Source: a virus (taxonomy: Duplodnaviria; Caudoviricetes). Taken from it: 64,000 nt of DNA. Within the stretch, counting starts at the first letter, position 1. The number at the start of each line of letters is the position of its first letter. A program made the translations under genes and the position numbers. The notes below the pieces were generated by a model. It saw nothing but the letters and a program-made list of their open reading frames with translations, did no database searches and was not told the origin of the DNA. The stretch spans positions 1-64,000 of the IMG/VR virus record IMGVR_UViG_3300035498_000404, one strand, 5' to 3'. Shown here piece by piece: positions 39,565 to 50,593 of the stretch.

Positions 39565-42500
39565 ATGGCTGAAAGTATAATATTTAATATAGGTATTGGT
39601 ATTGACGATACTGAAGTAAGACAGGATTTAACAGAAGTTACAAAACAAATACAAGAAGTTTTAAATACAGATTTAAAATTTAATATTAACGCGAATAATA
39701 TTGAGGAATTACAACAGCAAGTAGCTAATCTTGGCGGGCAATTAAATATAGTAAGAGACTCTGTAACTGGTCTTGCCACTGGATTTTCTGTAACGGCAAC
39801 CTCTATAACTGGGCAACTTGTAAATGTGGCTGGTAGTTTTTCAAATTTAAAAACTAGCGCTGATTCATATGTGGCATCTTTAAGTAGTATGCACGACCAA
39901 ATTTCAGGTCAAACAGGGGAACAAAAGGCAATAGCTCAAATTCAATAGGAGTATATTAGTTTATTACAAAAAGAAACTGACATTAAAGAAAAACTAGCTG
40001 TTGCAGTTCAAAATCAAGACACTCAACAAGTAAGTTCTTTGGCAAATCAGCTTGATAAAACTTAGACGTTAATGAACTATGATGCAGAACGACTACAACA
40101 AATACAGGGTATGTCAAATGCTGCAACTACTTTTAACGGTGTTTATGAGCAGATATTTGCAACCACATAGCAATTAGCTAACAGAAATAATGATGCAGAT
40201 GCGTTTTTAGGAACTGATGCTTCTCAAAGAATAATTGATGTTTCTACTAATCTTTCCCAGTTAGATAATACATTACAAGAATATTATTCTCTAAATCAAC
40301 AAGTTTAGAATACTGCTCCGGGAGAATATTGGGATTTATTAGACGCAAAATTAAAACAATTGCAACCAGAATATGATGCTGTTAAAACCAGTATGGAATC
40401 TTTGGGTGTTGTGTTTGCGAATGGTCAGGCTCAATATACTGGGACAGCAGAAGCAGTTCAACAATTAGTTGAAAGATATAATGAGTTAGAGCAACAACAA
40501 AAGGAAAACCAAGCTTAGAAAAATCAAGCTGCTACATATAAAGAAATTACAGATGCGGTTAAGGCTTATTATAAAGCGCTAACTGACGTTAAGAAATCTA
40601 ATAGCGTAGAAGGCTCTGAAACATACAAAGTATTACAGCAAAATTTAACCGCTGCTGCCAATGCTACTGTAACACTTAATGGGAAAACAACTCAATTACA
40701 AGATGTATTTTCTGCTCTTGGTATTACTATATCAAATTATGGTTCAAACTTTACTGCTGCATACAGTGGTAAAAGCCAAGAAATCCAAAAGATTGTTGAT
40801 TTAATTAATCAACAAAGTCAGGCTTACGCCAAGCTTAATGCTCAAAAAGCAGACCAAGCTTCTGATACTGCATTAATTGAAAGTGCCGTAGCGGCATATA
40901 AAAAGTATAGAGACCAATTAGATGTTGTTTATAAATTAAAGAAAAGTGGGAACACTGACTTTACAAGCAACCTAAAAGAAGAAGAAGAACTCTTAAAGCA
41001 GCTTAAAACTGCGTATGAACAAGAAGAACAAGCTCTTCTTAGTAACGGTCAAGAAGTACAGAAAAATACAACTTATAACCGTGATAAAAACCAAGTAACT
41101 AGAGACTCTATTCAGGCTCAAAAAGAGTTTGATTTAAGTTTAAATACAAATTCGCTACAAAATGCTATTGCCTAGACACTACAATACACTATTAGCTTGC
41201 AGGGCTTAAAGACTGCAATTAAAGAAGTTATAGATACAACTCTTGATTTGAACGAATCAATGACGCAAATTCAGCTTGTTACCCAACAAAATAATGATGA
41301 TGCTAAAGAATTAATTCAATCTTATTCAGAATTAGCTAAAAGTTTGGGTACTACAACTGCTGATATAGCTTCTGCAAGCGTTGAGTGGCTTTTTATTAGG
41401 TCACTATAAATCCATTTAACTGCGGGAAACCCCTTAGAGATTAACATACTAAAGGACGATAGAAATATACGTTCTGGCGAGAATAATTACCTCGGTATAG
41501 TAAAAACTGTTAATATTGGGCAATCCGCAACCAAGCCTCTAAAATAGAGGAAGGTTCATCGACTATCCCTTGGTTTCTAAAACGAAACAATAGGAGTACG
41601 GCCAATCGTTAAGGTGGGTGAAAATCCCTTAAATGGAAATGATGGATATTTTAAAGATATTTTAAAATTACTTGACAAAAAGTAATTTTTGTGATATAAT
41701 AGAATAAAGATATAGTCAATACTATGTAGAAATATATAGAAAATTCTGTTTACAGAATCTTTTGAAAAGTAACGATTTTCAGAAGTAATATAATAGACGG
41801 CAGGGCAACAGTATTGAGGAAACTAATGACTTAATTCAAGCGTCTGCAACGCTACAAGTCATTGGTAATATGGAAGCGTCGGATTCCGTAACAGCATTAA
41901 CAGCTTGATTTAGGCTGGGCATATAGTAATATATGCAATAATAAATTCTTTTAACTGCGGGAAACCTCTTAGAGATTAACATACTAAAATATAATAGGGA
42001 TATTATATTGGCGAGAATAATTACCTCGGTATAGTAAAAATTGTTAATATTGGACAATCCGCAACTAAGCACCAAGAACTGGTGAAAGCTCAACGACCAT
42101 CCCATAGGTTCTTTTCAGAACAACAGGAGTACGGCCAATCGTTAAGGTGGGTGAAAATCCCTTAAATGGAAATGGAGAATATCCTACTCTTAGGATAAAG
42201 ATATGGTCTTTTCTTATTAGAAATAATAAGGTGTTTATAAACACATATAAGATTAACGACCTTGTATAAAAATTAAAGGCTATCAACGGCTATGGATTAG
42301 AAGCTTCCGACGCAATGCAGATAGTAGACCAATTAACTACACTAGATTTGAAGTTTGCAGCTTCTTCCGGTGATATAGCGACAGCTCAACTATTAAGGGC
42401 TGGGTGTGCAGTAATGTACATAATAATAAATTCTTTTAACTGCGGGAACTTCCTTAGAGATTAACATACTAAAATATGATAGGAATATACATATTGGCGA

Positions 42501-45500
42501 GAATAATTACCTCGGTATAGTAAAAATTGTTAATATTGGACAATCCGCAACTAAGCACCAAGAACTGGTGAAAGCTCAACGACCATCCCATAGGTTCTTT
42601 TCAGAACAACAGGAGTACGGCCAATCGTTAAGGTGGGTGAAAATCCCTTAAATGGAAATGGAGAATATCCTAAAAATAATTATAAAAGACTTGACAAAAA
42701 GAAATAAATATGATATAATTACTGTTATAGGATAAAGATATGGTCTTTTCTTATTAGAAATAATAAGGTGTTTGTTTGTATTATGGAGATGAAAATGATT
42801 ATTTCAAAATTTGTAAATATAAGAATGGTTAGTCAAAATATTAAATATTATAGAGATTTGGGGTATGAATTTAATAACGGTGAAACAATTCCTATCAAAA
42901 TTGAAGATATTGGAAATGGAAATCGAGCATCCGTAAAGGTTAAATGTGACTATTGTGGGGATGAATATGAAGCACAATATGCAAATATTATGAATGGCAG
43001 AAAGATTTTAAACAAAGACGCTTGCAAGAAATGTGGGCATAAAAAGAGAGAAGAAATTTTGTTGCTTTTATACGGAGTAAAAAATCCTATGCAGTTGCAG
43101 GAAATAAAAAATAGGCAACAAGATTCATTGGAAGCTCATTACGGAGTGAGAGTTCCGGCAAAAAATAAAGATATTTCAAAAAAACAAGCAGAATCTTTTA
43201 AAAAATCTTATGGTATTGGTAGTGATGGATATGACGAGTATCAGACCAAACGAAGAAAAACCTGTATTGATAAATATAGCGTTGACAATGCCTCGAAATT
43301 AGAAGAATTTAAAGATAAAGCTGCGAAAACTTGTTTGGAAAAATATGGTGTAGAGCATCCATGTCAAAATCCAGACATTATGGAGAAATTTATAGAAACT
43401 TGCAATGAAAAATATGGTGTTGATTATTATTTGCTGACAAAGGATAAACAAATAAAAACCACAAAAACCTGTATGGATAAATATGGAGCAATAAATATTT
43501 CAAAAACTGATTATTGGAAAGAAAAGGTAAATAATTCAGTTATGGAAAGATATGGTACAAAATGGGTCGGAGAATCAAAAGAAATTCAAGATAAAATAAA
43601 GAAAACGAATATGGAAAGATATGGCGTTGAGTGCGTCTTTTCGTTGGAAGAAATTCGTTTAAAGTCAAGAAAAACTATGCTTGAAAAATATGGTTCAATA
43701 ATGCCCCAATGCGTTAGTTCTCAACAAAATTATATTCATAGTATATATGGTGGAGAATTAAATAAACAAATTGGAAAATATGTTGCTGACATTTTATTTA
43801 CAGATGAACGTATTGATTTTGAATATGACGGTGGAGGACACGATTTAAGTATTAGGCTTGGAGCTATATCTGAAAATAATTTTATAGACAAAGAAACAAT
43901 CAGGAATAATTATTTTATAAAAAATGGTTATAAAATTTTTAGAATTATTTCCAAAAAAGATAGATTACCAAACGATTCAATCCTTATCGAAATAAAAAAT
44001 AAAGCTTTTGAAGTTTTATTAAATACAGAAAATAATATTTATACTTATAATATAGATAATAACACAGAAGAATACAAACAAATCAATGTGGAATAACGAC
44101 CCACATTAAAAATTTATACTTTCTAAAGTTGCATCTGTGGCCTCACAATCCGGTGTTTCACTGGAAAAACTAGAATCAATTCTGGTTGTCACAGAAGACC
44201 AAACACAGCAATCGGCAGACACCATTAACAAAACAGTGGTGTATAAATCAATTCTAATATTTATGCGAAAATCCAGAGATGGACAACGCTTCGGAAGGTA
44301 AATTACCGCCGACAACGACTGAATGAATTGACCAAATTTATTTTGGATGCAACAGTCTGAACACATAATATAATCGAACAATGAAATATGTGAATAGGAG
44401 TCATTGGTAATCAGACCAATTAAAGAAGAACTTCTATCGCCTACTATAAAGTAGGTCACAAAAGTAACAGAATGTGGTAATGCTAAATGTTCTTGGCATG
44501 GCACATAGTAATATGTGCAATAATTAATCCCTTTAATTGCGGGAAACCCCTTAGAGATTAACATACTAAAATATAATAGGAATATTATATTGGCGAAAGT
44601 AACTATTTCGGTATAGTAAAAATTGTTAATATTGGGCAATCCGCAGCTAAGTGTTCAGAACGGACAAAAGTTCATCGACTATCCAATAGCTTTCAAATAA
44701 GCAACAGGAGTACGGCCAATTGTTTAGGTGAGTGAGAATCTCTTAAATGGAAATGGGGGACATCCTATTATTTAGGATGAAGATATAGTCAAAACTTGTT
44801 AGAAATAATAAGAACTTATATTAAAAATATAAATCATTGAAAGAATCTTATTTTTAATATAGGTTGCATAAAAATAACGAACTTATGTTAATTAATTGTG
44901 GAACAGTATTTTTGCCAGAATGTCGAAAATTGCTGCTGGTAAAGACCTTGAAGACACCGAGGTAACGCTAAATGATGTCGATAAGGTCTTAACCAAAATG
45001 AATATTAGTCTAAAGGATGAACAGGGTCAAATTCGTGACCTTGACGATGTTCTTGACGAAGTTGCAGGTCGTTGGGACACCTTTACGACAAATGAAAAGA
45101 ACCAAATTAGTACGGCTATCGCGGGCACACGACAAGCCAACTATTTTAAGGCCGCAATGGCCGACTGGGGAGAAGTTCTTGACGGTACGCAAATTGCATT
45201 AGACGCAAATGGTACGGCCACAGAGCGTATGGGTATTTATACCGAATCCCTAGGAGGTAAAATTAAGACCTTAAAGGCTACTTGGGAAGAATTTGTAGCC
45301 GATTTAAATTTGGACGATGTTATCTCTAATGTAATTAGTACAGCACAAAATCTATTAGAGATTTTTGATACTATAATAAATAAAAGCGGTGTTTTAAGTA
45401 CCGTAATTAAAGGAGTTCTTGTTGCACAAGGACTAAATATTTTATCTGGCGCTGTTGTAAAGGTTCTTGGTACACTAACTGGTAGTGGTGGATTATTAAG

Positions 45501-48500
45501 CGGCCTTATTAAACTTGCTCAGATAGCCCCTGAACTTTCTGAATTTGCAAGTTCTATAAATAGCGTCGCTGACGCACAAACTGCTTGGGCTTTAATTACT
45601 GGTGACGGTATTTTAAAAATAATCCCAAATATACTCACTCTACTTGGTGGTTCTGGTGGTCTTGTTGCTATTCTTGGAACTCTTGCTGGTACTATTGCGA
45701 TTGTGGTTGCGGCAGTTGCCGCATTTAAATATGCTTGGGAAAATTGGTTGCCTACGCAAGCAAATGCAAATCGGCAACTAGAAGAAGCACAAGAAGAATT
45801 AGAGAATACCTAGTCAGAACTTAATGATGTAATATCAAAATTAGAAGATGTTCAATCTCAAATTGATGATTTAAATAGTAAAGATACTTTATCTATTACA
45901 GATAAAGAGCAATTAGATATATTAAAGAAGCAAAGTGAAGAACTTGAAATACAAAAGTCTACACTTGAAGAAATGGAAAGAATCAAGCAGCAAGGCGTTC
46001 TTGATGCCAATATAAATAATCAAAATACCAAGAGTAATTTGTTTAGCTTTAACTTAGAAGATGGCCTAACAATAAATACTGCATATAACAAGAGCTTAGA
46101 AGAGCTTATATCTACATATAAGACATTGCAGATTGTTGTTGATAAAACTGGCGATTCACTTGGAACTTTTGAGATTTATGGTGATGAATTACAAGACAGA
46201 TACGATAAAGCTAATGCGACCATAAATCAATATCTCCAAATGGAGCAATCTGGTTTATTAACCACTAAGTATTATACTCAAGCCCAACTTGATTCTTACC
46301 AAGAAGCTTATGATAACGCTATTAATATTCGTAATTAGATTCTTGAAATTTTAAATCCTGAACAATTTAAGAAGCTTAAAATTGAAGAAGCTCTTGACAC
46401 AAGTGGTTTCAAGGGTATTGAAACAACAATTAACAACTTAAATATTAAGTTAAAAAATGGCGAAACAACATTTGAAGAATATTCCGAAGCTGTTCGTGCG
46501 GCATTAACAAAATTAGCACAAAACGACGATTTTAAGAATCTTCTTGGTGATATATTTACAGAAGATGAATTAAATGACACAGAAGCTCTCGTAGAAGAAC
46601 TTGTTGGGTATCTTGATGTACAAACTAATGCTATTGTTGATGATGTCACTGATGCCCAAAATGAAATTGTCGAATCTTTTGAGGGCTATGCCGACGGAAT
46701 TAAAGAAGTAGAATCTTCTTATGAAACACTAAAAGATGCAGTAGACAGTTATAATAGTAGTGGTACTATTACAGCTAAACAACTAGAAGAATTGTTGGCA
46801 CTTGACCAAGATTATTTAAATACTTTAAGTTATGAAAATGGTCAAATTAAGATAAATGGAGAAGCTATTAGTTCTTTAAAAGAAGAACAATTAGCTCTTT
46901 ATAAACAACAACTTCTTACCGCTGCTTCTGCTGAAATTTTGGCTCGTGCGCAAGAAGTAAACAATCAAATAGAAGAGGATTCTATTACTGATGCTTATGA
47001 GCTAAGAGAAGCCAATTTCCAATTAAAAAATGGGCATATTGAAGCCGCAACAGGTGCTTCTGTGCAAGCGGTTGCCGAAGCAGATTTACAGACGCAATTA
47101 ACTGGTGTTGCTGCTAGTGCTGGACTTACAACTGAGGCAATTCAAGACATTATAGATAAATATACTGCTCTATATGCTTTAGGAGAAAATGTATCTGGTT
47201 CTGGTTCTTCTTCTAGTAGTAGTTCAACTAACGCTGCTAAAACTGCTTATGAAAATGAAAAAGCCAGATATGAACTGCTTGAAAAAGAAGTAGAATTAGA
47301 GAAAGACAAATTAGAAGCCCAAAAAGATGGAGTGAAAGCAGAAGAAACTCTGCTTAAAAATAAAAAATCCGAATTAGAGCTTCAAAAACAAATCAAAGAA
47401 CAACAACTTGACACTATACAAGATTCCGAGGAAGATATTACTGATTTAATTGAGTATGTCGAAAAGATGCTTAAACAACAGTACGAAGACCTCAAAACGA
47501 ATCTTAAAAAGGTAAAAGAGTATGTTACTACTTGGCGTGACGCATTGTCTGATGCAAAAGATAGTTATGACGATATTACGGCTGCTATCGAGAAGCAAAT
47601 GAAAGCTCAAAAAGAGCAAAATGACAATGAAAAGGCTCTAAAAGAAAAAGCGGATGCTGTTTCTGACGTTCAGGAACAATTGGCTGCTATTCAGTATGAT
47701 ACTTCTTCTGATGCTGCTACTAAGCGCGTCGAGTTACTAAAAGAACTTAATGATGCACAAGAGGCACTGACAGAAGAAGCACAAGACCAAGCATATGATT
47801 CTGCTCTCGACCAATTAGACGCTGCTCAACAAAAAATTGATGATATTTTCGACTTTATTGACGAAGCGTTGGAAGACGCAGAAGATGCTATTGACGATTA
47901 CGTTGACTATATTTCTAATACTTTAGAATCTGAAGGCAATCTGTATAAAGAGGCGTTGGCAGAAGTTCAATCTGCAATTGACGGTAACAATGACGAATTA
48001 TTGCAAAAGCTTTATAAGTGGAACAGCGCGAAATGAATGCGCTGTATAAATCGGGTTATATGCTGGAACACCCTAAAGACTTTAATACTAAAAAGTAAAA
48101 ATTTAAAGTATGTTACAATGGGCAATCAGCAGGGAAGATAAGTTCACCCTCAACGACTATGGGAATATCCCACTAATATATAAGTAATTATATATTAGAA
48201 CCCCGATAAGGCATAAGCCGAATGATATAGTCTGAACTTCCATAGAAATATGGAGAATTGGGCAGAAATGACCCAATATTTTTGTGTTAGTATTTTAAAA
48301 ACAAAACCAATTTTATTTTTTAGTATGACACAAAAATTAACAAAATTGATATGGAGACAACATTGCTGAAACCATTACAAAAGCTTGGAATGATGCTCTT
48401 GACGCTGTTGAAAAATACAAAGATGCAACTGGTGAAACTAATCTGCAAAATATCCGTGAAGGATTACAAATGCAGGATACCACTCTTAGTGCAGAAATTG

Positions 48501-49624
48501 CAGCATTTGACACACAAATTGATGCCTTGCAAAATCAGATTGATGCAAAAGAAATAGAGATTGATGCTCTTGAAGTCTTAATTGATGAAAAAGAAGCAGA
48601 AATTGACCAGATTAAAATGGCTCTTTCTCAGCTTGAAATTAACTACGATGCACAAACTGTCGCAAGTAATAATGCTACAAAAGCTACATGGGACGAAGTA
48701 TATGCTCTTATTGGGCAAACTGCTGCTACTACTGATAATACTACTGCAACAGAAAATAATACCGACGCAACTAGCACCAATACAGATAAGACAGGCGACA
48801 ATACTACTGCTGTTGAAGATAATACAACTAAGGTTGAAAACGCAACAGACAAGGTAGAAGATTTGTCTTATAGCACGGATGTTGCTTCTGACAAAGTTGA
48901 CGCAGCAGCACAGTCTGCTGATGACGCTTCTGACGCACTGTCTGGTGCTGATAGCCTAGCCGACGCAGCTTCTACGACCAAGGACGCAATTAGCGACCTA
49001 GGAGAAGCCTCTGTTGTTGCGGCAGATAAACTTGCTGGTGGAGATGGAACTGGTAGTTCTAGCGATTCTAGCGGCACTACAACGAGTTCTGAAACCAGTG
49101 GAATTTTAGACCTTATTAGTTCTGGAGTTTCTTACTTTACTGGTGGAACAGATGCCGGAACTGTTATTGGTAATCTACTAGCGAGATATATTCCAAAACT
49201 GGTTAATACTGGTGTAAAGTACGCAATTAAGAAAGTATCTTCTAACCATGATGGTACAAATTGCGTTGAAAAGAGTGATTCTCCGCTTGATGACTTGTTA
49301 GGACTTGGCTCTGACGAAACTGCTCGTGTGCTAAAAGTTGGAGAAACTGTTGTTCCTAACTACGCAAGTGATGTTAAGATTCAGCAAACCGATGAACCGT
49401 TTACCACTTCTATTGATTCTCCGAATGCTTCTAATGTTTCTACTAATAATGGTGGAGACTTCAATCTTGACATGGGAGATTTAGATATTTCTGGAATTGA
49501 TAGTGACGAGTTAATGAGCCAGTTAAAGAGCTTAAAGAAAGACTTCGCTGATGAGGTTTATTCTACTATTAATAAGCATATTAAAATTGGTGGATATAGA
49601 AACGTAAAGAATAGTTACATTTAA
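39565..49624 (+). CDS. Tape measure protein, 7 exons: 39565-41390, 41797-41905, 42279-42386, 44119-44225, 44475-44484, 44899-48029, 48349-49624; at least 8 TAGs; about 2188 aa
   Basis: Splicing gives a continuous TMP core VEWL|RQGNSIEE...ALTA|AINGY...DIATA|LSKVAS...ADTI|GNA|WNSIFARM and WNSA|YGDNI; exons total 6567 nt, in frame. Confidence 0.88.
41391..41796 (+). mobile_element. Group I intron TMP-I1
   Basis: P1 GUGGCU/GGUCAC; P7 GACUAU/AUAGUC; ends in G; internal sigmaA promoter at 41672-41700. Confidence 0.88.
41906..42278 (+). mobile_element. Group I intron TMP-I2
   Basis: P1 CAGCU/GGCUG; P7 GACCAU/AUGGUC; ends in G; core nearly identical to TMP-I3. Confidence 0.88.
42691..42719 (+). promoter_or_regulatory. 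Intron-internal sigmaA promoter driving the endonuclease ORF
   Basis: Perfect TTGACA-17-TATAAT in the P8 loop, about 60 nt upstream of the ORF. Confidence 0.8.
42768..44096 (+). CDS. Intron-encoded homing endonuclease with a Vsr-like (EDxHD-type) C-terminal domain and tandem (E/D)KYGV repeats
   Basis: CDYC/CKKC zinc finger; about 9 TxxEKYGV-type repeats; VADILF...IDFEYDGGGHD...GYKIFRI; start may be ATG 42783. Confidence 0.8.
   Translation: MFVCIMEMKMIISKFVNIRMVSQNIKYYRDLGYEFNNGETIPIKIEDIGNGNRASVKVKCDYCGDEYEAQYANIMNGRKILNKDACKKCGHKKREEILLLLYGVKNPMQLQEIKNRQQDSLEAHYGVRVPAKNKDISKKQAESFKKSYGIGSDGYDEYQTKRRKTCIDKYSVDNASKLEEFKDKAAKTCLEKYGVEHPCQNPDIMEKFIETCNEKYGVDYYLLTKDKQIKTTKTCMDKYGAINISKTDYWKEKVNNSVMERYGTKWVGESKEIQDKIKKTNMERYGVECVFSLEEIRLKSRKTMLEKYGSIMPQCVSSQQNYIHSIYGGELNKQIGKYVADILFTDERIDFEYDGGGHDLSIRLGAISENNFIDKETIRNNYFIKNGYKIFRIISKKDRLPNDSILIEIKNKAFEVLLNTENNIYTYNIDNNTEEYKQINVE
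44226..44474 (+). mobile_element. Group I intron TMP-I4 (compact, different family)
   Basis: P1 CACCAU/GUGGUG; P7 GACUG/CAGUC; ends in G. Confidence 0.82.
44485..44898 (+). mobile_element. Group I intron TMP-I5
   Basis: P1 AUGCU/GGCAU; P7 GACUAU/AUAGUC; ends in G; homologous to I1-I3. Confidence 0.88.
48030..48348 (+). mobile_element. Group I intron TMP-I6
   Basis: P1 ACAGCGC/GCGCUGU (C-G at the splice site); UGCUGGAAC and AAUCAGCAG core; P7 GACUAU/AUAGUC; ends in G. Confidence 0.8.
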
Positions 49625-49635
49625 TTAGGACACTA

Positions 49636-49668
49636 GCCCGCTTTGAAAGATAAGCGGGCTTTTATTTT
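49636..49668 (+). terminator. Terminator after the tape measure gene
   Basis: AGCCCGCTT/AAGCGGGCT followed by TTTTATTTT. Confidence 0.8.
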
Positions 49669-49678
49669 ATAAAGGTGG

Positions 49679-50593
49679 TTGGAGAGTATGCCTGTAATGG
49701 GGTGTCCATTTATTTTTAATGAAATACCTTCCGAGGCATATAACGCCTCTTTAGTATTTTTGGAAGAACAATATACGAAACGTCCTTCTGGTGGACAAAA
49801 ACAATTTACTACGGATAATGTCAGAGGAAATTCAAGAGCAATTCTATTAGATGTTTCTCAAACAGAACCTTTGAGTTTCGGAATTGAAATTGTGTTTGAT
49901 GACCCAGTAGATATTCAAACTTTAACACAAGTTAAAAATTGGTTATGTTCTCCTTTAAAATATTGTAAACTTAGAATTTGTGCAGAGGGTTTTGAAAATT
50001 ATTATTATAATTGTTATATAAACCTAGATAATGATTTAATTTATAATGGTGGCTATCGTGGAGTTACTGGTACAGTAACTTGTGATGCACCTTGGGCTTG
50101 GGAAAACGAACAAACTATTGATTTAGAAATTGGGACATCGACTGTCCCTGCTGAAAATAGATTTTTAAATTACTCTCAGGACGCAAATCCGATGAAACCG
50201 ATTATTTCATTCACTGTGACAGAATCAAATTCAGATTCATTTTTGGCGATTGAAGATGTATTTGAAGATTCTAATGGGAATATTATATACGACAAGACTA
50301 CAATATTTGTTTCTTCTAATGCAAAAACATATAAGCAAAAGAATGGAGAAATTGTAGAATATAGTATAACAAATAATTGTTACAATCTTGTAAGTGGTGA
50401 ACAAATAACATTTAATAACCAAACGGCGTTACTGACTTCTTCTGTGAATCAACTTTTTAGAATTAATAATTTTAATAAAGTTTTTCTTAGAATCCCACAA
50501 GGAGTAAACAAACTTTATGTGTCTGGATTAAATATATCTAATTTAAAAATGACTTATACTAATGCTAAGAGATTAGGTGGTGGTTGGTATTAA
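49679..50593 (+). CDS. Distal tail protein (Dit-like)
   Basis: Follows TMP; VKNWL, TCDAPWAW and FLRIPQGVNKL motifs. Confidence 0.8.
   Translation: MESMPVMGCPFIFNEIPSEAYNASLVFLEEQYTKRPSGGQKQFTTDNVRGNSRAILLDVSQTEPLSFGIEIVFDDPVDIQTLTQVKNWLCSPLKYCKLRICAEGFENYYYNCYINLDNDLIYNGGYRGVTGTVTCDAPWAWENEQTIDLEIGTSTVPAENRFLNYSQDANPMKPIISFTVTESNSDSFLAIEDVFEDSNGNIIYDKTTIFVSSNAKTYKQKNGEIVEYSITNNCYNLVSGEQITFNNQTALLTSSVNQLFRINNFNKVFLRIPQGVNKLYVSGLNISNLKMTYTNAKRLGGGWY

Larger units (their letters stand above)
42387..44118 (+). mobile_element. Group I intron TMP-I3 with an endonuclease ORF
   Basis: P1 CAGCU/GGCUG; P7 GACCAU/AUGGUC; the predicted last nucleotide is A, not G. Confidence 0.82.

Noticed and set aside
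44106-44639. Minus-strand ORFs over the TMP introns (also 41836-42105, 42065-42286, 10440-10679, 18554-18751, 21121-21459)
   Set aside because: They are antisense to intron cores and exons; their mutual similarity just reflects the intron repeats.
41391-44898. Repeated blocks as a CRISPR array or assembly duplication
   Set aside because: Repeats are 200-400 nt group I cores with distinct P1 guides, separated by unique exons that join into a coherent protein.
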